Positions 1 through 11,049 of a DNA stretch of 64,000 nucleotides are shown piece by piece; the stretch's first letter is position 1, and every line of letters begins with the position of its first letter. The position numbers and the translations under genes were made by a program. The notes under the pieces were generated by a model. The model was not told where the DNA came from and made no database searches. It worked only from the letters and a program-made list of their open reading frames with translations. Source of the DNA: an uncultured Rivularia sp. (lineage in GTDB: Bacteria > Cyanobacteriota > Cyanobacteriia > Cyanobacteriales > Nostocaceae); assembly GCA_963665115.1 (NCBI GenBank), contig OY762007.1:1664001-1728000 (forward strand), in the 5' to 3' direction.

Positions 1-619
1 AAGTTATTCAAAGTCTCAAAACCGTAGATTAGTTAACGAGATATTGCGTCACGGTAACGTCATAAAAACCGAAAACGTAAGCGTTAAAGGTTGGCAGAAA
101 CGTTACGGCAAGGCTATATCTGCTAAATCTCCGGGATTTTTTCAATCAGAACTAAAACGCAAAGTTGAGAATACTGGCGGACAGTTCATTAAGTTTTCTA
201 CTAGAAACACCGCTCTTTCTCAAACTCATTCTTCTGGTATTCGTATCAAGAAAAAATTATCGGAAAGAGTTCATCACGACGTAAACGGATTTAAAATGCA
301 TCGTGATTTATGGAGCGCGTACCTAGCTAGACACGTATATGATGATTCTCTTTCTGTGGTGGATGGTCTTTTAGACTATCCGTGGTCGGAGCCGATCATG
401 ATGGATGCATGGAAAGAATATAATCAACAATCTGCAAGCCAAGTAGCCAAGCGCAAAAGCAGGAGATATCATAACTCCTCGGAGCAGATATCCGTCAAAG
501 AGCTAAACCTTAACCAGATAGCCAACAACGGCGACAAGTTAGGGTGTATGCCTGAATCGAGCGCGTCTTCAGACCTGAGAGTGGCTCAATATTACTCCAT
601 CGAAACTATTAACTTTTGA
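1..619 (+). mobile_element. tnpB: 3' part of IS200/IS605-family TnpB (RuvC) gene and the element right end
   Basis: Frame is open from base 2. RuvC-II-like (KTENVS) and RuvC-III-like (HRDLWSAYLA) motifs; Zn-finger Cys residues are absent. Right-end-like GAATCGAGCGCGTCTTCAGACCTGAGAGTGGCTCAA ends in TCAA at 586-589. Confidence 0.7.
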
Positions 620-1203
620 AGAATTTATAGACTGGTTGCCCAAAAATTCCGCAAAACGATACGAATTACACGATGGCATAATTATTGAAATGCCTCAACC
701 GAGTGGTAAGCATGAAAAAGTAACAGGTTTTTTAGCAGGAGAAGTTAGCGTTGAGTATAAACGCTTGAAATTGCCGTATTTTATTCCAAAAACAGCATTA
801 GTAAAGCCACCAAACAAATCCGGACGGCTATTTACCCGATGTAGTTTTGATTAATGATGCGAATTTAGAGAATGAGCCTTTGTGGGAAAAAGAATCTACT
901 GTTACTAAAAGTGCTTCTATTCCTTTGATAGTAAAGGTTGTTAGCACGAATTGGGAAGATGACTATTACACAAAGTTTGGTAATTACCAAGCGATGAAAA
1001 TACCAGAATATTGGATAGTAGATTATGCAGCATTGGGTGGAAGAAAATTTATTGGAAATCCCAAGCAGCAGACATTTTTTGTGTGTGAGTTAATTGATGA
1101 TGAATATCAGATGACTGCTTTTAGAGGTGACGAGCGAATTCTTTCTCCTGCTTTCCCCCAACTGAACCTTACAGCACAGCAAGCCTTTGATGCGATTGTT
1201 TGA
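591..1203 (+). pseudogene. Uma2 family endonuclease (DUF820), start lost and frameshifted
   Basis: ITPSKLLTFEEFIDWLP..RYELHDG from 591, frameshift near 820 into GYLPDVV..., then VVSTNW and IPEYWIVD motifs; paralog of 14222..14833. Confidence 0.8.
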
Positions 1204-1328
1204 GAGAGTGTTTGAACAATTTATTTTTTTAAATTACTTTAAAACATAAGACAATCATAATCACCTTAAAATAAAATATAACAATTACAATCAAGAAGAA
1301 TTCTTTAGTTTTGGGTTATATACTGAAC

Positions 1329-1535
1329 ATGAGACAAGTAATCATGTACAAAGATGAGGATGGTTATTGGGTTGTGGAATGCCCAAGCTTAAAAGGATGT
1401 ATTAGCCAAGGCAAAACAAAAGAGGAAGCCCTATCTAATATTAAAGAAGCAATTGCTGGATACATTGCGGCTTTAGAAGAAGACGGTTTACCTGTTCCTA
1501 CAGATAATTTTGAAGCGTACCTGGTAGTTGTATGA
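1329..1535 (+). CDS. hicB: HicB family antitoxin
   Basis: YWVVECPSLKGCISQGKTKEEALSNIKEAI motif; overlaps hicA. Confidence 0.85.
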   Translation: MRQVIMYKDEDGYWVVECPSLKGCISQGKTKEEALSNIKEAIAGYIAALEEDGLPVPTDNFEAYLVVV

Positions 1536-1756
1536 GTAAGCTACCGAGCATTTCTGGAAAAGAATGTATAAAAGCTTTGGAGAAAATAGGTTTTTACCAA
1601 AAGCGCAGAGAAAGTAGTCACATTATTATGCGGCGAGATGACCCATTTAGCCAAGTTGTCGTTCCTGACCACGATCAAATAGCTAAGGGAACCCTACGAG
1701 CAATTATTCGAGATATAGATTTAACAGTAGAAGAATTTATCGCTTTGCTTGGATAA
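1532..1756 (+). CDS. hicA: HicA family mRNA interferase toxin
   Basis: KALEKIGF..SSH..VVVPDH...IAKGTLRAII pattern, 74 aa. Confidence 0.85.
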   Translation: MSKLPSISGKECIKALEKIGFYQKRRESSHIIMRRDDPFSQVVVPDHDQIAKGTLRAIIRDIDLTVEEFIALLG

Positions 1757-1810
1757 GTTTGTGTATCCGTTGTATAAAATTTAAAATACAAACAAAGATA
1801 ATTACTTAAT

Positions 1811-2165
1811 ATGGTTAATAAAGAATTACTAATTAAAGAAATAGAATCTTTACCTTCAGAATTATTAACTGAAGCATTCGATTTTATTCGTTTTATCAAA
1901 GTTAGTCATGCCAAGGCTCAATGTTATATTTCGACAATCGTTGTTTCTGAACTTATGAAGGTGTCTACTGTTCGCAGCAGGTCGAAAAGAATTTAGAAAT
2001 ATTAGCGCAGTTAACCCAAAATCTGACAGTTGAACCACCATTTGACCTAGATGCGGCTGTTAAGTTTGGTAGGATTCAAAGCGAACTTACAAAAATTGCT
2101 AAACCAACAGAGGAAATTGATGTGTTGATTGGTGCAGTTGCGCGATCGCGTAAAAATGCTTTGGT
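1811..2165 (+). pseudogene. DUF2281-like antitoxin N-terminus fused by deletion to an internal VapC/PIN toxin fragment
   Basis: KEIESLPSELLTEAFDFIRF followed by ISTIVVSEL, then (shifted frame) EGVYCS..FDLDAAVKFG..IDVLIGAVARSR, a VapC-type pattern. Confidence 0.6.
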
Positions 2166-2360
2166 GATTATTACAACCCTGACAAGAAAGAGCCAAATTA
2201 CTTAAAGAAGGTTTCTCCACCTTTACTTTTGGGGATAATATGCTCGGCAGAAAAAGCTTGAATTGCAAAACTTTCTTGGCTTCTACAATATTCACAACAT
2301 CCGGTCTTCTCTTTTTACTACAGACTTTTTTAACTGCGCCCTCACTCTTGAATCGGACAT
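2160..2360 (-). pseudogene. HNH endonuclease remnant
   Basis: ATG overlaps the upstream stop (TAATG). Across two frameshifts it reads GCCEYC..EHIIPKSKGGET..NLALSCQGCNNH, then is truncated. Confidence 0.7.
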
Positions 2361-2755
2361 TAATTTGTTGCGTGAATTCCTAAATTTTCCATCAATGCAG
2401 TTAGTGACACACCACGCAAACGTGCTAACTCTGCTAAATTTTCTATACGTTGTGCTTGGATTTTTTCTATTTCCTCAGTCAGTTGTAATAACCTTTGATG
2501 CTCATCATCTGTGAGAGTTTCTTCTTCTCGTTTAACTTTTAATTCTTCGTAATCTTTTTGAAGATTATCAGGAATACCTTGATTAATTTTAAGCAATAAT
2601 TCTGCTTCTGTTTGCGGCAGTCGGGTGGCTTTACGTTGCGCTTTTAAAACAATAACTTGCGATACAAATTGTTCTAATTCAGACAAGTTTAATTGCTCAA
2701 CTGCCTTGAGCAATTCTTCTGAAGATAATTGTACTTCAACTTTGAGGATTGACAT
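2360..2755 (-). CDS. Helical putative antitoxin-like protein coupled to the HNH gene
   Basis: 131 aa ORF (EAELLLKINQG..RIENLAELARLRG), translationally coupled to the HNH remnant. Confidence 0.6.
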   Translation of the reverse strand: MSILKVEVQLSSEELLKAVEQLNLSELEQFVSQVIVLKAQRKATRLPQTEAELLLKINQGIPDNLQKDYEELKVKREEETLTDDEHQRLLQLTEEIEKIQAQRIENLAELARLRGVSLTALMENLGIHATN

Positions 2756-2899
2756 TATCTACTTCTTGCCTGGTAACTTATCAATAATTTTATCTTAAAA
2801 TTTTGCACCGTTGTCATATGTCAATGACCGATTGTAGAGATTACAGCCGCAATATAGATACATATCAATACCGAAAAATTTATGTTTCAATTATTTGTT

Positions 2900-3757
2900 T
2901 CACCCCTTCTCCTCAAACATCATCCGAGATATTAGTTTTGTAAGATGTGTTGACTCTACACCAAACCGACTAGCAATCAAAAACTGCTCTTCTTCAGTCG
3001 GCATTTTATCGAGCGTCAATAAATACTCCAAAAACGGTTGGGAATTCACTCCAAGCAAATCATCTTCTGTTGATTGCGATTGTGCTGTAGAGTCGGCTTC
3101 TGCGACGTTACTTTGCTCAAGCTGCGGGTGTTGTCCCATCTTTAAAAGTAACCATTCCTCTATTTCTCCTTTCTGTGGTGGTTGCAAGCCAAGCGTTTGA
3201 CAAGTCGCAACGAATTCTTGTCCAATCAAAGCATCAACATAACATTGCTCCAACCAAGTCAAAAATTCCTCATTTTGAGGTAATTCTACTCCTTGTTTAA
3301 CGCTAAAAGTTTGTATTTGTCTACCCAAACTAATTCTTTCTAGTAGGTTTGGGGTAGTATCTACTTCTTCACTAATAACGTGAGGATCATTTGACCCAAA
3401 AGCCATTTTATCTAAAAGCCAAATAGCTACTTGCCCAGATTTCGGAACTGATAAATTTAGAGTTTCACAAGCAATAGTTAATTCGGTTCCCAAAGAAGTA
3501 TAGCTTGCAAGCCAATCCTCCAAATTACCCGAACGAGGAGTAATTCCCTTGTTCGATAAACTAACAACCTCCAAACCTAAATTGACTAACTTTCTTACTA
3601 CCATTGACAAGCTCTTACCCCATTCAGGTATCAGCTTCTCAATTTGAATACGTGTATCAACATTAATATGAAAAGTAACGCGGTCCTTTTGCACATCAAC
3701 TGGACGACCGCGCTTTGGAGGTAGCTTTGGGTTTTGCTCAAACTGTTGTTTACTCAT
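2900..3757 (-). CDS. Hypothetical DNA-binding protein (KRGRP plus RHH-like N-terminus, internal duplicated domain)
   Basis: 285 aa ORF; repeated segments ACETLNLSVPKSGQVAIWLLDKM and TCQTLGLQPPQKGEIEEWLLLKM. Confidence 0.55.
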   Translation of the reverse strand: MSKQQFEQNPKLPPKRGRPVDVQKDRVTFHINVDTRIQIEKLIPEWGKSLSMVVRKLVNLGLEVVSLSNKGITPRSGNLEDWLASYTSLGTELTIACETLNLSVPKSGQVAIWLLDKMAFGSNDPHVISEEVDTTPNLLERISLGRQIQTFSVKQGVELPQNEEFLTWLEQCYVDALIGQEFVATCQTLGLQPPQKGEIEEWLLLKMGQHPQLEQSNVAEADSTAQSQSTEDDLLGVNSQPFLEYLLTLDKMPTEEEQFLIASRFGVESTHLTKLISRMMFEEKG

Positions 3758-4140
3758 GCTTATCCCAGTTTATCGAAACCACAAAGCATATTTGAAGCAT
3801 TTTAAAACAATTATTTTAAAAAACGTTACTTTTAATTTGTGTGAAAACAATTTAACACTGATTAAAAATTACAAAATGTAAATAAAACACATACATAAAT
3901 CTAGATTTTGATATTCTTGATTCATCAAGCACAAAATTGATTGCAATCGCAATCATTGTTACTGCTACTTGTGATGCCCAAATGGGTTCTATAGCTGTAT
4001 TGTCAATTTTTTTAATCAATGGTGAGGTGTCCAACAATATAAAATATTGCAAGAAATACCACCCTCTCGAATCGGTTGCGTAGAAACTAACTTCCGCTAA
4101 AACACAAGGATATTGTTGTGTAACGTACTTTGATTACGAA

Positions 4141-4624
4141 TTATTGGCTGTATTTTTGTGTTTTATGATCTGAAGTTTTCTCCAGCTTTAACCATTCGCT
4201 CATTTCTTGCTCAATTAATAAATTGCATAGGTTGCTTACTGTTCGTTTCTCCTTATTAGCTCGTTGTTTGAGAGCTTCCATTGTTTTCGGTTCAAGATCA
4301 ATTGTCTTCCTTGGGGTTGCATATTCAACTTTGGAGCCATTCATCGAAGGTTCAAAACGAGCAATCATTGATTTTTCTAACTCATCTATTAACTCTGGAC
4401 TATCACTTTTCAGCCAAGCGATGCGAACTTCACCAGGTAAATTTTTGAATTCATTGATTCTATGATGAGAATCCCAACGCTGTCTTAATACTGTTGCTTT
4501 ACCAACGTAAACAACTTTGTTGTCATGCAGCACGAAGTAGACTGCACAAATTAAGGGTAGATGCTTCCGTTTCGAGAGCGAAATTGTGGGTAATTTGAAC
4601 GGGTCAAAAGAGTCCCGTATTCAT
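4141..4624 (-). CDS. GIY-YIG nuclease with C-terminal RHH domain (one +1 frameshift near 4614)
   Basis: AVYFVLHDNKVVYVGKA..LRQRW..H motif; C-terminal RKTIDL..LKQRANKEKRTVSNL. ATG at 4624 is coupled (ATGA) to the upstream gene. Confidence 0.7.
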
Positions 4625-4797
4625 TTATTACTTTGATTAACTCTACTTTCAATCCATTGCTCTATAAGCTGCCTAGATTTTTCGCTCATATTTGTCCCTT
4701 CTCTAGCGCACCAGACTTTAAATTCCGTTCGTAGGGACTCAGGTAGAAAAACTCTAAAGCTTACAGTTTGGTCTTCTTTTTTGTTCTCATCCGACAT
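4621..4797 (-). CDS. ParG/CopG-like ribbon-helix-helix protein (58 aa, not in ORF track)
   Basis: MSDENKKEDQTVSFRVFLPESLRTEFKVWCAREGTNMSEKSRQLIEQWI, translated by hand. Confidence 0.7.
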   Translation of the reverse strand: MSDENKKEDQTVSFRVFLPESLRTEFKVWCAREGTNMSEKSRQLIEQWIESRVNQSNK

Positions 4798-5063
4798 AAA
4801 CAGGTCACATATACCGCACGCTCATTTTCTGCTAGTTAACTCAGTTTGGAAATAGCCCACAAAACCTTGTTGATATATATGACCTATATGGACTATGATA
4901 ACTGTGTTGATGAAAAACTTCTACTGATTCCATATATAAGTAAAAAGGAAAAACCTGCTTATTTATAACAAAACTGACTCGGAAGGGATTAAAAGTTTAT
5001 TAATCGACACTTGATTCCGCTATATCCTTCTTTATCTCTAAAATTAACTTAAAAATGCCTTAA

Positions 5064-5321
5064 TCAATCAGAATCAAAGCTAGCTTCTAGTTCTTCTATA
5101 GAAACATTTTTGTATCGTGCATATTCTGTGAGTTGCTGATTAATGCCTTCAAAGTTAGCCTCTAATCTTGCAGCAATAATTTGAGCCGCAAATGCAGCCG
5201 GAGGACGACCCCGAAGTTTTGCCCATAGCTTTAGTTTCCGAAAATCATAGGGGGATAGGGTAATCGAAAAACGAACGTTGTCTTCTGCCATGTCTAATAA
5301 TTCTTCTCGCTGTGTCTTCAT
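5064..5321 (-). CDS. Hypothetical RHH-like protein
   Basis: 85 aa; VRFSITLSPYDFRKLKLWAKLRG pattern; upstream GGTG SD-like sequence. Confidence 0.55.
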   Translation of the reverse strand: MKTQREELLDMAEDNVRFSITLSPYDFRKLKLWAKLRGRPPAAFAAQIIAARLEANFEGINQQLTEYARYKNVSIEELEASFDSD

Positions 5322-5649
5322 TAATTTACACCTTCTTTATTACCTTGTGGGATGTTGTGGTGATGCTCTAAAGAATCTATTATTGTAAATATAGCATTAA
5401 AGATGCTTGACAGAATCTCTAGATATTCTCTAGAGTAAAAATTGTTCAAAAATAATTTATACGCGGGTCTAAAAATACTTGCAACTTAGATAAGAAAAAT
5501 CAAATTTCAGCTTTGAGTACAAAAGTTAAATATGCAGTCAAACCAAGTCCTCCAGAATTGCTCGGAGGAGAATTAATTAGAAATTCGACAACTTCCAACA
5601 TGAAAGCATCACTCAATTCAACTCCGAGCATCTGTTCCACCACATATTT

Positions 5650-5823
5650 TTATGAAGATTCCTCTTCTTCTGATTCAATCCAAGAGAGGATTAATTCTTT
5701 AGCTTTTTGGCTCATGGAGGTTTTATTGCGAGCGCAAGCGATTTTAAATTGTGTGCGTTCGTCATCGGACAAAAAAACCACAAGCTTTACGGTTTTTTCT
5801 TCCGTTTTTTTCAAGTTAGACAC
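5650..5823 (-). CDS. Second ParG/CopG-like RHH protein (57 aa, GTG start, not in ORF track)
   Basis: MSNLKKTEEKTVKLVVFLSDDERTQFKIACARNKTSMSQKAKELILSWI; aligns by eye with 4621..4797. Confidence 0.7.
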   Translation of the reverse strand: MSNLKKTEEKTVKLVVFLSDDERTQFKIACARNKTSMSQKAKELILSWIESEEEESS

Positions 5824-6009
5824 ATTTCACCCATTACGATACTTACCCCAATTATGTCATTGAGATAAATATCAACATATAGGTAGACTATGCATTCTGT
5901 ACTAATATACCTATATAGGGTATCATTCAAAATAATAAAATTTTAGTTTCGAGTCCAAAATTTAAATGCTCCCGTAAACTCCTTTACTTTTAAACAGGAA
6001 TCTTGAAAG

Positions 6010-6642
6010 ATGAAAAACTGCGAAATCCTGAAAAGTTTACCGCAACAAGGTTTAGAACCCAGGCAGTTCCTACGCCACTGCTTCGGTATTGCCGAACTGA
6101 CTCCCTCTGAGTTGCTTGAAGAAGAAACAGACAGCCAATATCGCAAAAAATGCATTACGGTATTTTGTGCAATCTTTGATATTCAGCGAGCCACGGTTCG
6201 TAAATGGGGAAGCGACCTCAATTTTGAAGGAATGCCTAAATACTGTAGGATTGCTCTTGCTTATATCTATGCTGCTCAAATTGTGCCTCGTCAGCTAGGA
6301 AGCATCCTAAGAGGGGATTTTGTTCCACCATCGGTTGATGCTCAAACGTTTTTAGAGAAAGTCCTTTTAGATGGGTTAACGGAGCAGGAAATATTACAAA
6401 CTGTCTCTCATGCTAATTTTCGTGGCACTTGTGTTAAAACCCTTACCGATGTTTTGCAAATAGGAACAAAATCAGTCCAGGATTGGGGGCAAGATATGTC
6501 GTTTCAAAAAATGCCCCAAATTCACAAGCATACTTTGGGTTATGCATTGGCTGCTATCTCCCAAGTTTCATCAACTGACGCTTTTCTCAAGGCAAGCAAG
6601 CCAGCAGCAACAGTGTCTAAAGCTCTCTCAACAGCGGCTTAA
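6010..6642 (+). CDS. Hypothetical protein with two tandem HTH-like repeats
   Basis: Repeats CITVFCAIFDIQRATVRKWG..F..MP and CVKTLTDVLQIGTKSVQDWG..F..MP. Confidence 0.65.
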   Translation: MKNCEILKSLPQQGLEPRQFLRHCFGIAELTPSELLEEETDSQYRKKCITVFCAIFDIQRATVRKWGSDLNFEGMPKYCRIALAYIYAAQIVPRQLGSILRGDFVPPSVDAQTFLEKVLLDGLTEQEILQTVSHANFRGTCVKTLTDVLQIGTKSVQDWGQDMSFQKMPQIHKHTLGYALAAISQVSSTDAFLKASKPAATVSKALSTAA

Positions 6643-6718
6643 GTTATTCAAATTGGTTGGATTAGAAAAATTGGTCTTTGTGACAGACCAAACACTATAA
6701 AAGCAAATCGAATTTATC

Positions 6719-8440
6719 ATGACTGGACTAATTCTTGCAACCGAAAGGTACACCGAGCAGAACTATATTGACTCCAATCCTACGGTACATATCGAGCAGA
6801 GTACATTGGAGTATCTGTATGCAGCATTCTCGCTTTACGAATGTAAGCAAACTCTTAATAGAAAACAATATCGCGGACTGTTGGAAGAGTATGGATGGGA
6901 TAAAGGGACTACAGAAGAAAGGCGATCGCTAAAAATTGCAGAGAATTTTCAAGCGTTTGTTGGTTGTCCGGAACACCTAGCTGTATTGCCTGTACCCGTA
7001 CTAGTGCGGTTATGCTCGAAGAGTTACAACGTTTTGATTGAAAAGTTGCAAGATATTCCTATTGGAGGATTGACTTGCAGACTTGTATTGGAACTGATTA
7101 ATGAAAGAGGAAAGTTTCTCAAATCTCAAAAAACAGAGAAAAAAGCTGGTAATTGGCGAGCAACACCAGATGGTAATCGGTATTATACTTTCGGCAAGAT
7201 TATGGAGGATGACCATCAAACAGGAGTGCTTGCAGATAAGCTGATAGAGCAGTTAGGGTTTTCCCCACAGCGAATTGTCAGAATAGCAATTGCTGACTTA
7301 TATGAGAAGCAACAAGCTGAGATTGTAACAGATAAAATTAGCTCTCTAACTGATTTGATTGATGATAAAGAAGGGAGCGACACTATAAACTCGGAAGATG
7401 TTGAAAGTCAAATAAACTGGGAATCCAAACAACAAGATTTTGAATCATTATTGCAAAAAGATACAGAAAATACTGAGCCTGAATATACTGATAAATCAGA
7501 CATTGACTCTGAAGAGGTTGTAAAAGAGGTATTGTCTAATACACAATTAGAGACACAAATTACTTCTGAAGCACCTATCTCTAAAAAATTAGAAACAATA
7601 CCTACACCTCAAGAATTGGTAAACAAATTACAATTGGTTCGTTCGTTACCATTGCCATTTAATAAGCAGGATAGAAAGTTTGCTTGTGAGGTGGTAAATT
7701 CTATTGCTTCGACTTGTGATACTTGGGAATCTATCGCTACAGCTACCCAATGTGATTCGATGTCTTTAGCGTTTGTAATTGGGTTTTTGGGAGATGAGCA
7801 AAAAGCTTGGTTTGAAAACTTACCCAAGCTCTTGGCAGAGTATGCTGTAACTCATCCAGAAGAGTTGATTTGGGTTGATGGAGTCATCCGTACCAAGGCT
7901 TTAGCAATTATGGGTTTTGAAGTTGGTAGTAAGGTCGAGGTGACAACAGATAGTCATAGCTGCTTCGGGCGCAGAGGTCATGTTGTTGATTTATCAATGG
8001 AAAACAAAGTTCCTATCGGTGTAAGATTTCCAGGAATTAGAAAATATTTTTACTATACAGATTTAAAATTAATTTGTAATCAAAATCAAAATGATGCTGC
8101 ATCCGAAGATATTTTAAACAAAGTTGAAATGTTAGTGCAAGCAAGTTGCTGGGAAGAAGTTATTTCGACAACAGAAAGTTGGAGTGAAGAATTAAAATCT
8201 ACTGTTTGGCAAGCTTTGAGTGAAGAAGAAAGACAGCGTATTAATGAGTTGAAAAATCGGCATTTTGAAAAACTTGATAAAACACCTCAAGTTGGAGATA
8301 AGGTGATTTGGAATAATTGTCCAGGAAATTTAACCAGTTGGCAGCCGTTTTTAATTACGGATATACAAGGTGCGGAAGCACAATTAGATGTTTATATGTA
8401 TATGGTGCCGTTAGCTGAATTATCCAAGGTTGAAAATTGA
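6719..8440 (+). CDS. Hypothetical protein
   Basis: Uninterrupted 573 aa ORF; no family recognised. Confidence 0.65.
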   Translation: MTGLILATERYTEQNYIDSNPTVHIEQSTLEYLYAAFSLYECKQTLNRKQYRGLLEEYGWDKGTTEERRSLKIAENFQAFVGCPEHLAVLPVPVLVRLCSKSYNVLIEKLQDIPIGGLTCRLVLELINERGKFLKSQKTEKKAGNWRATPDGNRYYTFGKIMEDDHQTGVLADKLIEQLGFSPQRIVRIAIADLYEKQQAEIVTDKISSLTDLIDDKEGSDTINSEDVESQINWESKQQDFESLLQKDTENTEPEYTDKSDIDSEEVVKEVLSNTQLETQITSEAPISKKLETIPTPQELVNKLQLVRSLPLPFNKQDRKFACEVVNSIASTCDTWESIATATQCDSMSLAFVIGFLGDEQKAWFENLPKLLAEYAVTHPEELIWVDGVIRTKALAIMGFEVGSKVEVTTDSHSCFGRRGHVVDLSMENKVPIGVRFPGIRKYFYYTDLKLICNQNQNDAASEDILNKVEMLVQASCWEEVISTTESWSEELKSTVWQALSEEERQRINELKNRHFEKLDKTPQVGDKVIWNNCPGNLTSWQPFLITDIQGAEAQLDVYMYMVPLAELSKVEN

Positions 8441-8472
8441 GTCGATTAATGTAACAGGACCTATATTTTGAT

Positions 8473-10860
8473 TCAAGCAGAATGTTTAAAAATAACTAAT
8501 TCCAGCAATTCCTCAAACAAAGAATCACCAAAACTTATTAACCTTAATGAAGGTGTTTCGTCAAAAGTTTGTGGATAAAAGGTAATATTATATGTATTCC
8601 CTTGATATGTTAGCTGCCAAGTTTTTTGCTGATTGGGGGTAAAAATGACGTTGCAATTTTTTAGAGTTACTGAAGTAGTAAATAACTGCTCGATGTTTTG
8701 TGGTGTGAAGGGTGAAGGAGCAATCGGTTTTTGAATTTCAGCTAAGTCTGCATCCATATCCATGACAATCATTTCTTCAATGGCAAGTTGTGAAGCAGGG
8801 GTGTCTATGACTGAATCGAATTCCGACATTAATACGTCTTCCTCTTCTGGATCTGCGCTCATTGCTGCTTGTTCGATGAAGGTGGGGACTTGAGCTAAAA
8901 TTGGTTGCAGATTACCCACTACCGTAGCAAAAGCATTAATGTGATCGCGCAATTTTCTGTAAACTTTTGCTTCTACGGTGCCGTCTTAATAAAAGTTGTG
9001 AATCCTGACGGTAGAATATCTTTGTCCGATCCGATCTATTCTACCAATACGTTGTTCGACTCGCATGGGATTCCACGGCATATCATAATTGATTAATACT
9101 CCACAATTTTGTAAGTTTAATCCTTCGGAAGCGGATTCGGTACAGAGAAGAATTTTGATTTCATTATTGCGAAAGCGTTTTTTGATTTCTTCTTTAGCAA
9201 CGACTTTCCAAACTTGTTGATTGCTATTATTACGATCAATTTGTAAAAGTTCTCCACCTCTACCGGAATAACAAGCGATTTGACTACCGTAGGATGATTG
9301 CAATGTTGCTCGCAGATAGTCCATTGTGTCGGTGTATTGGGTAAAGACAATCGCGCTTTCACGAGCTAAAAGTTCTTGACGAAGGATTTTGATAAATTCG
9401 GAAAGTTTGGTATCTTCCCCGGTATTGTCAAACTGTTGTAATAAATCTTCAAGGTATGCGATTTCTTGCGGGTCTACTTCTTCTTTGATATTTTCTAGAT
9501 AAGATTCCATCCCCAGAATTACAGCATCGGAAGCGTCATCTAAATCGGCAATATCATCGTTGGTTAAGATATTACCTTGTTGAGTTAAAAGAAAATCTAA
9601 ACGGCGTTGCAGAGATGATTTAATGGCGTAAAATGAACTGGTTAAGCGTTTGCGGTATAGAGTCATTAAGAAACCCAAACAGGAGCGTTGGTCTTTTTGC
9701 GCTAATCTGTAAAAATGTCTGACGTAATCGCTGACTGCTTGGTAAAGGGGAATTTCCCGTTGTGATTCTAAGGTAATAGCGTTATCGCATACTTCTCTAA
9801 TAGGAATATCTTTTTCTAAAAGTCCGCGTTGATAGTATTGTCTTAAAGTATCGCGGGTATGACGAAACATTAAATCTTTGAGCGGAGTATTAGCGGTGAG
9901 ATATTGACAAGAAGCGGTAATAAAATCTTTATCTGCTAATATTTTTTTATGGTTGACGATTTTTTTACCACGCTGCCAGGTATCCTGTATTTTGTAAGCG
10001 AGAATTCGGTCTTTTTTTCGTAGGAATTGTTCTAATCTTGAACTTGGTTTTCCACCACGTTGAAAATAATAATGTTGATTATTATCATCTTCTACAGAAT
10101 CAATAATCCGAGTATCAAATTCTATTTCAGGTTCCCACACAGGTTTAACATCGGGAGTGTATTGTAACAGCTTTCTTTTTACAGCTTCCGGAACATCAAA
10201 TACCCGCACATTCGGTGAAATATCAAACCAAAGTTGTTCAAACCGAGAAATTTCTTCTTGTACCCTATCTAATTCCCTTCCACCTTCCCAAGAGCAATAA
10301 ACATGAAAAGATTCGACATTTTTTGACCAACCGCTGATAGATTCGTTATTTGAACCGCTAAAAGCTAAATTATCCCCGTTACTATCAGTAAAGATACCAA
10401 CTTTTTCATGAAAAATATGCTGTGGATCTAATTGCTGTTCGCTTGATTCGGGAATACCATTTTCTTTGAGAGGAATAGCAATTTTAATATCAAGATAATT
10501 ATTCGCAATCAACCAGCTAAGAATTTCAAAATGCTTGAGTTGAGAAAAGTTTTCTGGTGGTTTTAATTCCGTATCTAAACGAGTCAATAAAGCATCTCTT
10601 AATGCAAAACCTTGTTGAATTGCTGATAAATATTGCTGGCTAAATTGACAACCCATAATTAAACGGATTTGTCCTTGATGATGTAACATTGCTCCCAAAC
10701 CACGAGCAACTTTACTCAAAATTGCGCTGCTAAAAAAGCCAGATTTACGGTCATATTTAATCGCAGATTCTAAAGCAGGAATATAAAAATCAGCAATAGT
10801 ATTATCGGTGTTGCTAAAGTAGCTTATATTCCAGGAATAATCGCGTAGTAATTTGGGCAT
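8473..10860 (-). pseudogene. PLD-like nuclease / SNF2 helicase of a restriction-like system; ATPase N-lobe missing, in-frame TAA at 8986-8988
   Basis: HEKVGIFTD..FSGSNNES (PLD-like), SEGLNLQ and YDMPWNPMRVEQRIGRIDRIGQ (helicase C). No Walker A or DEAH. The frame continues HNFY*DGTVEAKV into 8473..8952. Confidence 0.8.
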
Positions 10861-11049
10861 ATTATGACGTTATGGTAGAAAAACCTCACCCCCAGCCCCT
10901 CTCCTTATTAAGTAGAGGGGGGTAAGAATTGAAGTCTTTCTCTTAAGATAGCGTAGTATTTAGTAACCGTATTTACCAATATTTTTATAAACTATCAGCC
11001 CATTCACGTACAATATTATGTGCGACTCCAGCTTTATTAAATCATTTTT

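Noticed and set aside
5513..5863. 116 aa plus-strand ORF
   Set aside because: Shadow of the minus-strand ParG-like gene at 5650..5823.
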